Shown: positions 9,897 through 22,704 of the stretch, piece after piece
Position numbering within the stretch: position 1 is the stretch's first letter
How the letters are laid out: each line of letters starts with the position of its first letter
From: Rebecca billardiae RCC1528
Taxonomy: Eukaryota; Protista; Haptophyta
DNA: 64,000 nucleotides
Assembly: GCA_965240325.2 (NCBI GenBank)
Contig: OZ251242.1
Location: 1,054,001-1,118,000, forward strand
Direction of reading: 5' to 3'
Made by a program: the position numbers and the translations under genes
The notes under the pieces: model-generated
Seen by the model: only the letters and a program-made list of their open reading frames with translations
Told to the model about the DNA's origin: nothing
Database searches by the model: none

Positions 9897-11940
9897 ATGC
9901 CGCGGCGCACGGGCGGCCGAGCACCGGTCGCCCGCGCGGTGGAGGACACGGAGCGCATGCTGCACGATCTCGAGGGGCAAAAGTCGCACTACGAGCAGCG
10001 CCTCAGCCGCCTCCGCGGGCAGAACCAGGAGATCATCTCCGAGACGGTTGCGCTGAAAGCCAAGTTCCGCAAGTCGCTCCAGCTGCTGCAGGTGTACCAG
10101 GAGCGGCTGGCGCAGGCGCACGAGCCGCCGCACGATGACGTGTCCGATGCCGCCCCCGCCTCGCCTCCCCGCCTCCCCCTCGCTCCCACACTGCGCGGGG
10201 AAGCGCTGCGCAAGTCCTCAGGCGCAGGCGCTGCGACGGCATCAGACAGTCACACGGTCGCCACGCAATCGGCCGCGACGGCGCTTGCGCCGACGCCGGC
10301 GGAAGCGCTTACGCGTGGCACGCTCCTCTCTCCGCCTGCCGACGCGCCCGCCGACCGCTGGGCGAGCTCCGAGACCCCTGCGCTCCGGAGCGCGCATGAG
10401 CGAGCTGCGGCGGCGCACGATGGGGAGAGGACCTCTGGGCGCGCTGTGAAGGATGCTGCGCCCGTGCTCGCGAGAGGCACGACTGGCGCGTCGGGCGGTC
10501 TTCCTGCTGACGCGGGCACCTCGCAGGCGCAGCAGCACGCGCCCGTCGGCGCCCCGCCGCCGGCACCGCCGCTCGCGAGCAAGGCGCGCGCGCACGCCGC
10601 GCACACCATGATCGAGGCGCACGCGCGCGGCCACGCGGCACTGCCATTTGCCGCCGCTGGCCTCAGCGTCACGCAGCCCGCTGCCGCGCACGCGGGCGTT
10701 GGCGCGGTGCCGTTCGCGACGCCACCGGTGTCCCCGCCTGCGCTAGGCGACTCGGCGCCGCTCAAGCCGGGGGCGAAGGACAGCGCATCGCCGCCCGGAG
10801 CGATGGCTGAGCCGCAGCGGGCGCCGCGCCTTGAGGTGCAGCGCGACGCCGCGCGCGCGTGGGCAGCGGCGCTGCCCCATCTGCCGCGCGCGCCTCCGCA
10901 CGTCGCGCCGCGCGCAGAGCCGACGCACGAGCCGGAGCCGCCACGGTCGCCGCGCCAGGACAGCGCTAGCTCGCCGGCGAGCCACACAGACGCGCTGCTG
11001 CGAATGGCGGCGGACGCCCGCGCCGAGCTCGAGCGACATCGCCATGCTCATGAGGAGTGGCACCGGACTCGCTCGATGCTGCAGGACCACCTGCGCGGGC
11101 GCGCGGGCGCGGCGGCGGAGGCTGGCGCGGCCGAGAGGCCGCGCCCGGCGCGTGCGAGCGCCGAGCGGCGCGCGGCCCCGCCCGCCGATCCCGAGCTGCC
11201 GCAAATGCCGCCGCAGTTTGTGCCGCGGACATGCACGCTCGCGCACACGCGGCGCGATGTCGTCGTCATTGAGCCCACCTCGTCGCCCCCGGCTGGTCGG
11301 GGCGAGGCCGCGCGCGAGACCGGCGGGCGCGAGCAGGGGGCGCTCTCTCCTCCGCAGCCTCGGCCCGCCTCGGAGCGCGCCGGCCCGGGCGCAACGACGG
11401 CGGCTTTCGGCTCTGCTGTGCGAGGCGGTGTCCGCATCGACACGTGCGCAGCGGCAGCAGCTTCGGCGCCAGCGCGCACGAGCGAGCCTGCACAGCACGA
11501 TGCGGAGCCGCGGCAGCCGGCGGGTGCCTGCCAGTCGCGTGTGCCGCACCGACCACTCGGACGCAGCGCAGCGCATGCAGGTGCGCGTTCTGAACGTGGC
11601 AGCGGTGGCAGCTTTGGCGCGCGCAGCCAAGGGGCACGTGCAGGTGAGCACGCGCACACTCGGTCGAGCGCGCGGCCGCGTCTCGCGAGCGCTGTCCGCG
11701 CGCAGCCGCGTCGCTCACCACATCCGCGGCGACCCACGTGCAATGCCGCGCGCAGGGCCGAGCGCAGACGAGCTTGACGAGCTCATCCACGTGCTCAACG
11801 ATGGCGGGGGCGCATCGGACGTTTGCGCGGCTGAGCAGCAGCCGGCGGATGCTGAGGTGGATGAGCTGCACAGCCTGGTGCGCCTGATACAGGAGCTTGA
11901 CTCTGGACTTGACTCCGGACAAACTAAGCTAGTAGACTAA
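9897..11940 (+). CDS. Hypothetical protein, N-terminal coiled coil + low-complexity region (intron from 11581 or 11644 to 11755)
   Basis: Heptad segment EDTERMLHDLEGQKSHYEQRLSRLRGQNQEIISETVALKAKFRKSLQLLQVYQERL. Either phase-1 donor joins acceptor CAG 11755 to the acidic last exon GPSADELDELIHVLND..TKLVD*. Confidence 0.55.
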
Positions 11941-13564
11941 GCTAGTAGCTATATATAGTATATCTGCTGTATTCTGTATGCGCGCGTCGTTATAGTAGTC
12001 GTATAGCAGTATCCGCGGTAGTCACTCACCGTAGTCAGTACGCGTAGTGTCATGCACGCGGCCCGGGGCCGGGATTCCTCGTGACCAGTTGGCGGAGTTG
12101 CTCACTTGCACGCGTGACAAGCGCCGAAAAAACGACACTTTGGCAGTGATAGTCACCGTCGCCGCCTCGGGCATGCCGCTGCCGCCGGCAGCAGCGGCAG
12201 CGGGAGCGTGGCAGCGGATCTACCACCTTCTGCGTTACACGCTGCGTCGTGCGCGCCAGGTGGCAGGTGTCCCCTGTCTGCCGCGCGGAAGGCAGCGGTC
12301 GGCGAGCGCAGAGGTGAGAAGGAAGGCGCGCACGCATCGTGAGAGCTTCAGCAGCTTGCCCACGCGCTTCACGTAGGCGGTGTTGTTGCGTGCGCACGCC
12401 TTCTGTACCCGTACACGCGATCGCAGCGTGAGCCACTCCAGCCTGCCTGCGCATCGCGGGCCGAGCCGCCGGCGCCTCGTCTCCTGAATCCTCGTTCACG
12501 AGGACAGTACGTGTATGTATCCGTGGCGCGCTCGCTGCCGATGGCGGCTCCCCGTGTCGAGGGCGTTTGGCTGGAGCCGCATCCAGGGCATATATCGTCA
12601 CGGTCCCACCCGATGCTGACGCTGAGGTGGCGCGCTTGCCGAAGGCAGCAGCATTGGCTGATGCCTTCTGCATTGGCCACCTCTGCGCGACCGCGCGTTC
12701 ACGCTGCCGGCGCGCGGGCGGCGTCGCTTGGTGGGCACCTGCCTTGGGTTTTGTCGTTCGTTCTCAGCGACGGTTGGGTCGATTGACATGCCGATTGGAT
12801 TGGGGCATTGCGAATCGGCTTCGCAATGCCCCATTCCGCTCGGATCGGCGCGGGCGTCAGCCATGCGGCAGCGCGAGTGACAAAACCGACATTTCATACG
12901 CATGTCGTTTTTTCATACGCTCACGGTTACTCCCCCGTGCAACGGGTCTCGTCCTTACGTCTTACGTCTTATACGACATCACGAGTCCTGACGTCCGTCA
13001 CGTCGTCGGATGCGGATGTCGGACACTACGTCCTGTCTCCTGAGGTCGGGTCCTGATCATTCACTGCTGATCTATTGTGCCATCATAGCGGCCACTAACA
13101 CTTGCGGCTTGAGTCCGCCCAGACCGGGCGGCAGGAATAATATATCGCGCCCGCATCGGACTACCGGGCCTCGGTCCGGGCCACGGCGGGCTCACGGCCA
13201 CGGGCCGCCACCGGGCCGCCCAGGCCCCGCGCCGTGCCACTGTCTGTGAGCGTGGCCTAACGCCGTGACTCGGCCGCTCCGATCCGGGACCGCGGACGCC
13301 GGACGTGAGTCGCGACTGATGATGCGTGACAGCCTCCCGTGAGACGGCGGCTTAGTCAAGTTCACTACTAGTGCTAAAAAGCTAACAGTACGGAATAAGA
13401 CCGGATGACGCGACGTACGGTTTTAAGACGTTAGCTACCGCCGGCGCCGGCTCGGCTATACTCGGATCTGCGCACTGCTGATGGCACCGCGCCGGTCATC
13501 AGCGGCAGACATCAGTAATCACAGCAGAAGCCGAGGTCTGTCTGACCGAGTGAAATGAGTCAGA

Positions 13565-13695
13565 GATATATTTTTTAAATAATAATATCTATATATATAT
13601 GTGTGTGTGTTATAATTTACTATATTATTAATTAAAATAATATATATATATAATTATAAATAATCTAAAGTGCGCGCTCTCTCTCTCTATATATC
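13565..13695. repeat. AT-rich microsatellite patch ((TA)n, (TG)n, (CT)n)
   Basis: Directly visible. Similar (TA)n at 22937-22961; G18 run at 27538-27555. Confidence 0.8.
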
Positions 13696-13853
13696 GTACG
13701 TAGTCAGCTGTTACTACCTGGCACTATGTTACAGCAGTAGCTATGACAGCAGTGCCAGTGGCACGGCATGTCGCCGACGCCTGTCGACCAGCAGCCGGCT
13801 TCGGGCTGTCGCCGAATCGAACTTCCGCGGGCGGAGCCTCAAAATCAGGAGGC

Positions 13854-14948
13854 TCAGTTCCACGGCATCGCCAGCGGCTCGAACATGCTGCGCGTGTAAG
13901 CGTCGGCTAACGGCAGCTGGGGAAAGAGTGGCCCTTCGCCGGCTGCCTGCGCGAGGTCGTTAACCGCGGTGCGCATGTCGCCGTGCACCTCCTCCTTAGA
14001 GGCGTCATCCGTCGACGCGGCGCCCTCGTCGCCCACCTCGGGCTCGGCTGGCGTGGTGTTTGTTCTCGAGAGCTCCGGCGTGTCGAAGCCCTCCAGCGAG
14101 ATCGGCGTGTGCGCGGTTAGCCTGCAGTGTCGCTTGAGTGTCGCCTTCGTGCGCAGTTTCCGCCCGCACGAGCACGGGAACACTCGCCCGCACGCCTTCA
14201 GGTGCGTCGTGAGGTCTTCCTTCATGGCGAACGACTTGGTGCCGCAGCGCTCGCACACGTGGCGCTTCTTGCCGCGGTAGTGCAGCCGCATGAAGTGCTT
14301 CTTCGCCTGGTACTTGTTCGGAAACATGCGCTTGCACCGTGTGCACGGCGTGGGCTCGTCCCAGCGTGTGCCCGTTTCGAGCTGCGCGCGCACCTCGGCG
14401 CTGATCTCCTCGTCGTCCTCGTCGTCGTCTCCTGCCACCTTCTCCTCCTCCACCGCCGCGGCGGCGGAGGGCGCTGGCGCGGGGAGCTGGAGCGACGGGA
14501 TGGCCAACGACGGAAGAGGCGCCCAGCTATGCGCATGCAGGAGCGACGCGTCGTGGGAGCCCTGCGCCGGCAGGTCGTAGATGCACGCCGCAGCGCTCGG
14601 GCTGGTCAGTGAAAGCAGCGATGCCAGCCAGCTGGGCGTCGTGTGCGGGTGGTTGTTCGAGGCGATCAGAGGGTGCAAGAGCGAGAGGTCTTGGGGCGCG
14701 TAGGCCTCGGAGTTGGCCGCCGGGCCCTGGCCGCCTCGCGGCTCCACGCGGAGTGGCGGCGCCAGCGAAGACGTCGACGTAGTGCCGCTGCGTGTATCTG
14801 CGACCGGCGGCGCGTACGCGCCCAGCTGCCGCTGCTGGATGGCGGTGAGGAGCGCTTCGGCGCGAGCGTCCAGCTCCATCATCTCCATGCGTGTTGTGCG
14901 GTAGTGCTCCTCGTCCTCGAGCAAGCGGAGCGCGAGCAAGGTGTCCAT
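13854..14948 (-). CDS. C2H2/C2HC triple zinc-finger transcription factor (ATMIN/WIP/STOP1-like), paralog 1
   Basis: TRWDEPTPCTRCKRMF..YQAKKHFMRLHYRGKKRHVCERCGTKSFAMKEDLTTHLKACGRVFPCSCG..TLKRHCRLTAH. Intronless; ATG 14948 (MDTLLAL) is the likely start. Confidence 0.88.
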   Translation of the reverse strand: MDTLLALRLLEDEEHYRTTRMEMMELDARAEALLTAIQQRQLGAYAPPVADTRSGTTSTSSLAPPLRVEPRGGQGPAANSEAYAPQDLSLLHPLIASNNHPHTTPSWLASLLSLTSPSAAACIYDLPAQGSHDASLLHAHSWAPLPSLAIPSLQLPAPAPSAAAAVEEEKVAGDDDEDDEEISAEVRAQLETGTRWDEPTPCTRCKRMFPNKYQAKKHFMRLHYRGKKRHVCERCGTKSFAMKEDLTTHLKACGRVFPCSCGRKLRTKATLKRHCRLTAHTPISLEGFDTPELSRTNTTPAEPEVGDEGAASTDDASKEEVHGDMRTAVNDLAQAAGEGPLFPQLPLADAYTRSMFEPLAMPWN

Positions 14949-17659
14949 GGAGCACCGACTTTGAACTTCAGCAGCAGGCGTGGCGCGGGGCGGAGGTGGA
15001 CCTTGAGCGGATGCCTCGATGTCTCGAGACGTCCGACTTAAGTCCGGGTTGTGGGCGTGAGATGCAGATCTGCGGTTTGTCCTGCTCGTGATAGATGGAG
15101 ATCTCCTCCACAAGCCTTCGTTTATCATAATGGATACATAGTGGCCAGTTTCATCACTTCCTATGAAAGCCGACTTAAGCCGAGGCGGCGGGATCCCCCC
15201 CTTAGCCAACTCAGATGCGCCCCTTTTACATGGGCGCCTACGGTCCAGTAAAAGCGAGCCCACCAGCTTGATTCGGATGGAATGACCCGCCGGACGGATC
15301 GATGACGACGTCCCGTGTGCTGGCACCGATGGGAGCAGGTGAGAGCTTCCCCTCCCGGGCGCCGCAATGACCACCGCGGCTACTCGGCTCGTGACTGGCG
15401 CTTTCCGGCAGGTCTATGCGCCCATGCCATCTGAGACACCGGCTCACGGCACCCAGTACCGTGGTAGGAGCGGTAGCGGCACACCGCGAACGTCACGTCA
15501 TCACCGCGGTGGTCTGGTGGCGGGTGGCGCCACGGCGCGCGTGGCAGTGGGACGTGCTAGAGTGCCCAGCTTCGAATCGTTCGCTACCCGCGGCCGCCCG
15601 ATGCCGCGCTCGCGCCGCTTTCCGCCGGAGCCCTGGAGCGTGCGGTTGCGTGGTTGGCAGGAGGAGCGAGCGAGTAGATTGAATGTGCTCGCACACGACG
15701 AGAGAGGCTTGCTGGCACCGGAGAAGAGCGCGGGCGCGTGCAAGCACTTCGACGCCTCCCGACCCAGATGCCAGACCCCCGGCGCGGATCCGCACCCGAC
15801 TTCATCGCAAGCACTTGCCCGGGTGAGAGCACCATACAGCAGGCTGCTATTGCCACGGACGCAGCCGCAAACGAACTTCTGGGCCGTGTCCGGCCCGCGG
15901 GCTGCCGCGCGCGCGATCGGCGCGGGGAGACATCACGGTCCACGACGACCGCAGAAGCGGCCGGCGCCCTGGGGACGGCACTACTCACTACTGAATCAAA
16001 GTCTCAGACGGTCGTTGGACATGCGCCTCACGCCGAGTACAGCTGGACGGAATCCGACGTCTTTTGCTCTAACATTTGGCCGCATCAAGCTGATCATCGC
16101 GCGCCCATGCTGCTGCATACGCCACAGCACTTGTGGGCTTGTGGCGGAACTGGCGGCAGCTCGTTCGGGTGGCCGGAAGGCGACGTGCGGCTGACGCATG
16201 GTCTGACGAGGGGCGGCGCGAACGATGCGCATCTCAAACTTGCATGCGACGGCACGAGGCGCGCGAAGCGCACGCCTGGTGGAGCGGCGCGTGGTACTTG
16301 GCTACGTGAGGCCTGAGCTCAGTACACAACAGCCGGGGTTGGGCCGGGCCGACTCCGGCGCGTCGCACGCGAAGCATGGCTGACTGTCAGCCAGCGGCCT
16401 TCAACCCACAACGCCTGGCAACGACTCGCCCTGCTCATCCAGATTGGAGCCGCGCGCGTGCGCGGCGCGGGGCATCGCGAGTCGCTCGGTCGTTCCGACG
16501 CGAATACAAAGCCGATGGACGCGCTCGCCAGCGACAACATCGCCGGCGAGTGCAGGATCGGACAGGCGGACTTTTGTAACGGCTAGAACTTTCGCGCGGG
16601 GCGCCTCCCTCGTGGCAGTGAGTAGTGGAAGTAACGTCGTGGTTCCCGGGCAGTCCGGTCCCGCCGCGCGCTTCGGAAAACGAGTGGGCGTAACTTTGCC
16701 GCTCGGACGGTCTCAGCAGATATGCGGGAGATGGTACGGTTGCGCGCTTGATCGCCAGGGGTGTGCGCCCCGATCACTGATCCAGTGATCCGCACTCGGT
16801 TACCCTTTCCCGGTATTTAGATCTGGGTGAGGGGGGGATCCACGTTCGTCATCTCCGGGGTGGGGAGAAAGCACATTACTAGGCGCCTAGATGCGGGCGC
16901 CGTTGCGCGCGACTCACCTCGGGGGGTAAAGCAGTAGTGCACGAGGTCGGCTTTACCTAGTAAGGAGCTCACAATTCAACCCGCACCAATCCAACTCTGA
17001 TCTCTGAGATCACCCCGATCACCCCGGACCCTCGTATTGATGACGTTCGCGGGTACCAGAATATGAATACAGCTATCGGGAGGGCGACCTTCTGCTGCCC
17101 CCCAAGCTTCTTCCGAGAGCATCAAGCTAACTGACGAACCGTTCATTTCGGCTCCAGGTAAGCCCAGGTAGGCGTCGAGGTGATGACGGACCAAAGGTTG
17201 GGCGAGTTTGATGAAGTATCCAGTACAATTCACCGCCGACCCAAGTAAGCGGTAATCAGGTACTTAGGACGAATGCGCGCGCGTTTGTTCCCACGCTCGG
17301 TCAGAAGGCCTTCTCAAACGGCTTGATTGACCGCGCAAAGCAATCGGGTTATTCGAGCTTCATCAAAGTTGCAGGCGTCGCACTGCGCCGTCGTGATGAT
17401 CATACCCCGAAGGGGCCTTCGGAGGTGCAAACTCTGGCGAGATCAATAATCATCTCAAATCTGCGGTACTCGACCGGTGTGCACCCCGAGCGCAGTAGCT
17501 ACCATCAGGCGCCTCCCCTCACTGTGATTCGCCCGTTAAGGGCTGAATCTTTCGGTGCGCACCTCGTGGGTGACCCAGCGGGTTACGCCGGTTGATCGTT
17601 CCCAGCGCTTCTCACCGCCCTACCCTACCCACGCTCACCTCTGCGCAAACCGAGTCCCC

Positions 17660-19153
17660 ATGGACTTCCCTGGCGTTCTCGCCTTCCACGACCACCGCTT
17701 CCAACAGCAGCCGCTCCAGCCGGCGGCGACGCCGAACGCGCCAGCAGGCATGCTCATCGTGCCGCCGACGCAGCCGAACCCCCCCGCCGCGGTCGCGCAC
17801 CTCCCGCCGCACATGATGCTGCCGCGGGAGCTGCCGAACGTGACCACGTCTGCGCCGCTCAGCGCTCCGCCGAACGGCCAGTTCCAACAACCAGCGCCGC
17901 CGGCAGAGCCCGCGCAGCCCGTCGTCGTTGGGCGCGCCGCGCTCTCGTCCGGCATGCTGCCCCAGCGCCAGCCGACGTCCTCCGAGACGCCCAACGGCAC
18001 TGACCTCTCGGACGGCTCGACCGTCGCCGCCGACGAGCAGGCAAACACGTCGGACGAGGAGCGCTACAACGAGCTCGAGGCATCGACGCGATGGGACGAG
18101 CCGACGCCGTGCACAGTGTGCCACCGCATGTTCGCGACCAAGTACCAGGCGAAGAAGCACTTCATGCGGCTGCACTACCGCGGCAAGAAGCGGTACGGGT
18201 GCACGCGCTGCGGCACCAAGTCGTTCGCCGTGAAGGAGGACCTCACCACGCACCTGAAGGCGTGCGGCCGCGTCTTCGTCTGCTCGTGCGGCATGCGGCT
18301 ACGCTCGCGCCCGACGCTCAAGCGGCACTGCAACCTCACCGGCCACACGGCCAAGTCGTGGGACGGCTTCGCGCTCGCGCGGCCGCTCGACGCGAGCGCC
18401 GCGCTCGGCATCCAGTCTGGCGCCGCCGTCGGAGCGGGCGGCGAGAGCACGGGCGCGCCGTCCAACGCCGGCTTCGAGGCGCAGTTCGGCGGCATGTGCT
18501 CGTCGATGCACCACGACCACTCGAACCCGGGCATGTCGTCCGTCAGCGCGCCGCCGCTGATGCCCAACGGCCACCACGCGCACTGCGCGCCCTCAGCCGC
18601 GCCGCCGCACCCCGGCGCCGCGCCGCACATGCTCCAATTGCCCGGGCCGCTCGGCGGCATCCCACGCTCGAACGTGGGCATGGAGTCGGAGCTGCCGCTC
18701 TATGCGCAGCTCCAGCCGCAGCTGCAGCAGCCGCAGCTGCAGCAGCCGCAGCTGCAGCAGCTCCCGCCGCACTTGCAGCCGCCGCCCCAGCTGCCGCCCC
18801 ACATGCAGGCGCCGCCCCACATGCAGCCGCAGCCGCCGCACCTGCTCTCGCACCTGCCGCATCCGCACCTGCCGCCGCAGCTCCCACCACAGTTCCCGCT
18901 GCCGCCGCAGCTGCCGCAATCGCAGCTCCCGCAGCAGCAGCAGCTCTCAGCGCCGCAGCTCCCGCCGCAGCTCCCGCCGCAGCTGCAGTCCGCCGGCATG
19001 TTCCAGCAGCAGCCCTACATGCCGCCGCAGCACAGCTTCCCGGGCGCGGGTCTGAACGGAGCGAACCACTCGAGCGACGTGCTCCGCGCCATCTGCGGGC
19101 TCCTCAAGTCGCACCAGGCGGCCAGCCTGCAGCAGCGGCAAGCGTTCGGCTGA
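17660..19153 (+). CDS. C2H2/C2HC triple zinc-finger transcription factor, paralog 2, with Q/P-rich C-terminus
   Basis: Same finger block at ~18086-18350 (C-x2-C-x12-H-x4-H; C-x2-C-x13-H-x3-C; C-x-C-x12-H-x5-H), followed by a PQLQQ/PQLPP repeat activation-type region. Confidence 0.9.
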   Translation: MDFPGVLAFHDHRFQQQPLQPAATPNAPAGMLIVPPTQPNPPAAVAHLPPHMMLPRELPNVTTSAPLSAPPNGQFQQPAPPAEPAQPVVVGRAALSSGMLPQRQPTSSETPNGTDLSDGSTVAADEQANTSDEERYNELEASTRWDEPTPCTVCHRMFATKYQAKKHFMRLHYRGKKRYGCTRCGTKSFAVKEDLTTHLKACGRVFVCSCGMRLRSRPTLKRHCNLTGHTAKSWDGFALARPLDASAALGIQSGAAVGAGGESTGAPSNAGFEAQFGGMCSSMHHDHSNPGMSSVSAPPLMPNGHHAHCAPSAAPPHPGAAPHMLQLPGPLGGIPRSNVGMESELPLYAQLQPQLQQPQLQQPQLQQLPPHLQPPPQLPPHMQAPPHMQPQPPHLLSHLPHPHLPPQLPPQFPLPPQLPQSQLPQQQQLSAPQLPPQLPPQLQSAGMFQQQPYMPPQHSFPGAGLNGANHSSDVLRAICGLLKSHQAASLQQRQAFG

Positions 19154-19774
19154 CGGCGTGACGGCGCGCCGCGTGCTTGGCGTCGCTCCGAATCGAGCCA
19201 CCGCGCCGCCGCAAGCTCTCTCGGCCGCGGCGTCCCGCCTGGACACTGCCGCGCTTTGTGACTCCTGTTTCTACGCGTCCACGTTGCATGCCATGTTCCT
19301 CACGATGGCTTTCGGTGCCGCGACCCCGTGCGCCTCTTTTGGGCTTTTTGTCCGTCCAAGAGCCATGCCGTCGTGTGCCGGCCATCTTTCCGATTTGACC
19401 AGCGCTCGCTCAACGAGCCTGCCATCGCGACCGTGTCCGCTGCCTGCAGCCGCGTCGCGTCCGAACCCACGGACCCGCGACCTGCCCGCGTGGTCACTTC
19501 GAACGGGCAACTCGACCTGTGCCCTCCCTCCTTCTTCAGTCAGTCGCTGCAGCCAACGACGGGACGGGACCGCACACTGATGCGTCGTAGTTGTGAATGA
19601 CTCGCGCCATCATGTTATTTATCATAATGATAATAAATTCGCGCGCCATAATCAATTATTATTCGTCGAGGATTTTATGCGAACGGTGACTTCGGTTGGA
19701 CACCCTCCCTCGCGGCGCGTCGTTTCACTCCTCGTCGGAAAGTCGTTACACTGATACACTCGGGTTTGCATGTG

Positions 19775-20539
19775 ATGGCCGCCCCTCTAATGCCGAGCCC
19801 GAAAGGCTTCGAGAGCGGCAGACTCGACGACCCGTCGAGCATGCTCACGTACCACGCGCGTCAGGGCCTAGGCCACGGATCCTCGCTCATTTCGGCGCTG
19901 TCGGAAGAGGACAAAGCGCAACTCGCGGAGGAGCTCACGATCAGCGGCTGGCGCAGCCACTCGCCGATGCTGCAGAGCGCGCTCGCGAAAGCGCTGGGCC
20001 ATCGGCAGTCCATGCTCTCCGCCAGCCAGATGACGACGGAGGACGTCGACGGCATGCTTGACAGTAACTCAGCGCTCCTCTGGAACTCCGTGGAGCACGA
20101 GCACGACGTGCACGCCGACAGCAGCGAGCTGTCCCAGCAGATTGGCACGCAGCAGCGAGGCGGTGACTGGTCGCTCACGCAGCAGGACATTGCTGTGATG
20201 GAGCAGAGCTGGCGCGAGCCACGAACCAGGCAGAGTGCAGGCGAGGCAGAGCGAGAAGAGGAGGCGGTGCGTTCGCTCGCGCGCGCGCACCCGCCCATGA
20301 CGGTACTCCTCCACCGTCCGAGCTGGCTGAACGCGCCACCCGCCTCCCGTGCGCGCGCCGCGTGCCGCTGACACCGCCGGCAGGTGAAGGCGCTTCCGTA
20401 CTTCGAGGAGGAGTGGGACATCCCCGAAAAGAACATCTGGGCAGGTGTGCAGAAGTTGCAGCGAGTGCAATCCACCGCCAGCGCGATCATACTCAACCCG
20501 TCCTCGCCAGCGCCACGGCGCAACAGGAAAGCTGAGTGA
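19775..20539 (+). CDS. Hypothetical protein (2 exons: 19775-20266, 20384-20539)
   Basis: GC3-biased ORF. Intron GTGCG..GCTGAC(branch)..CAG at 20267-20383 joins EEEA|VKALPYFEEEWDIPEKNIW..KAE*. No recognised domain. Confidence 0.5.
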
Positions 20540-20717
20540 CTCGCCAATCCGCATCATGAACGCAAACAAAGAGTAACGCGGTGCGGTCGGCAGACTCTCA
20601 CTCACGGCGCGGCGTCGGGCGTCGCCGGTTGCGCAGCTGCCGACATCATCGCTGTGATGAAGCGTGAGGCCGCGTTGTGACGCACGCATATCGCGAACTC
20701 CGCGTCCTCGCCACTTA

Positions 20718-22704
20718 TATGATTAAACTTTCTTCAGGAATGCGCACCAGAAAAAGCCTTAACAACCCGCGCGGCCCAAGATGGGGTCGGCGGCCACGAC
20801 GGCGGTTATGCGCCCTTGCGCGCCTTGGAGCGGCGCGTGCGCGCCAGGAAGTGGGCCAAACCATGCTCGCGACATGCTCGTTCGTCGACGCTGATTGTTG
20901 GCCGATTGCATGCCAGCCCACGCCGACGTCTGAGTGCGCCTCGCCGCGCACGGTACAGCTTGACGGTACACGGCACGATTCGGCCGCGAGCAGCCTCGTG
21001 CGCGCGACCGAGTCAGAGGTGGTCGTCGAGAGTAGCACGAGCGGCGGCGCACAAGCGGGCCTGGTCGTTGCCGAATATCTGACGCACCAATCGACCTCGC
21101 CCAGCGCCATCTGCTCGTTTGTGCACGTGTTGGAAAGGATGAGCAGCTGCGTGCAAGGCGCCAAGCGCGCAGATGAGGCGTGGGCGAGCGAAGGGGCGGC
21201 GAGGGCCGGCGCGTGCGCGCGCGTAAATTCGAGCCTCCCCATATGCATCGAAACACACCGCGCTCGCTCGTCGAGCTGCGCACGGGTATCGGTGCGCGCG
21301 CGCCAACGCGGCGCGCCGTGCTCGCGCCCGGCAGCTGCAAACCTGCTCGCGCGCGCACGCGTGCGTGATGGACCGAGGAGGTCGCGCGAGCATGCGCGAT
21401 GTGTCTGGATGGAGCGTGTAGGAGGTGTAGGCTGCGCTCCGCACGCGCTCCGCCACCGTGCACCGCGCTGCCCCCCGTCCACGCGATCGCCGCCGAGCCC
21501 AGATTCAAACGCGCGCGAGCGCTCGAGCGCACCTCCGAGCAGCAGACGCAGCTATCGTGACGAAGGCGTGGCGAGAGGCAGATGTGCATGGCAAGTATCG
21601 TCATGGTGGTGCCCATCACGCGCACACTCTCGCGCATGCTCGCTGCACCACCTCGTCGCGCCCACGTGCAGCGCGCGGGGCGCGCTTCGTGCCCGGAGCA
21701 GCTGCGGAGCGGCTGCCGCGCGCAGTGCGCGCGGCGAGTAGGGCTCAGCCAATGGTCCGAGGGCGAGCCGGCCGAGCGTCGTGCGTGACGCACACGGACC
21801 TGGTGCAACGCCGCGTACCACTCGCAGCCACCATCGCGCCCGTACCAGCGAGCTGTGGCCGCCGCCGACACCCCAAAGCAGCCCAGCCGTCAGCGCGCGA
21901 CAGCCGACGAGCGCGCGACGCGCGCGTGCACCACCGTGATGAGCACGGATGAGCGCGCGCGCCCGTGTCGTAGCTCAGGCGGGGTCCCCCGATCGCACGC
22001 ACCACCGCGCTGCCACGCCTTCGACCATCTTGTGTCACCACGCGGGCACACGCCGGGCAGGCGGCGGGGCAGCCCGCTCGGCAAACGGTCAGCGCGCAGC
22101 GAGGATGGAGTCCGGCGAGGGGCGACCGGAGTGTCCGGCGCGACGGAGGTGGTCCACGCCGTGGTCGCCGACGCGTTCCTCACCACCTCCGAGGCCGTGG
22201 TGGCCGCCCGGGAGAAGGAATGCTCCCAGTCGCACCCTTTGCAGTGCTCCTTTGCGCGTGCACGCAACGGCGAGGAGCGGAAGCGTTAGAGGGCACTTTT
22301 TGTGCAGTTCAGGCGTTCTTTCCCCAAAATGTAGAATGCGCGGAGAAGTGCCCTCTAACGATTTTTGTGTGCAGCCGTGCCGCGCGCGCGAGGAAGGCCA
22401 CATGCGGCTCCTTGCACATCTGCTGCAGATCGGCTCGTGCTCGGCGAGCGCGGCGAGGAGGAAGGTGCGCGCTCGCGAGCTGGCGCACCTGAGAGTGATA
22501 TCGGCATCCGATCAGGAAGAGCGGGTCGATCTGCCCGCAGCTCGTCGCACGATCGCGAGAGCGCACGTGCGGTCGACGAGGAAGAAGGCCCGCATCGTGG
22601 CGTTTCCGCCAGTGGCGGGCCGGCTCGAGATTTGACGGCGAAACTCCAGCGGGTTGTTAATAAGGCTTTTTCTGGTGCGCATTCCTGAAGAAAGTTTAAT
22701 CATA
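20718..22704. mobile_element. Non-autonomous terminal-inverted-repeat DNA transposon (~2 kb)
   Basis: TIR TATGATTAAACTTTCTTCAGGAATGCGCACCAGAAAAAGCCTTAACAACCCGC (20718-20770) and its reverse complement (22649-22704, one 3-nt indel). Flanked by TTA on both sides (20715-17, 22705-07); a TA TSD reading is also possible. No recognisable transposase. Confidence 0.8.

Noticed and set aside
16790-17560. Several TGATGA/CTGA words suggesting a C/D snoRNA cluster
   Set aside because: No terminal stems or rRNA-complementary guides could be verified by eye; better explained as the regulatory region of ZnF2. A snoscan run would settle it.
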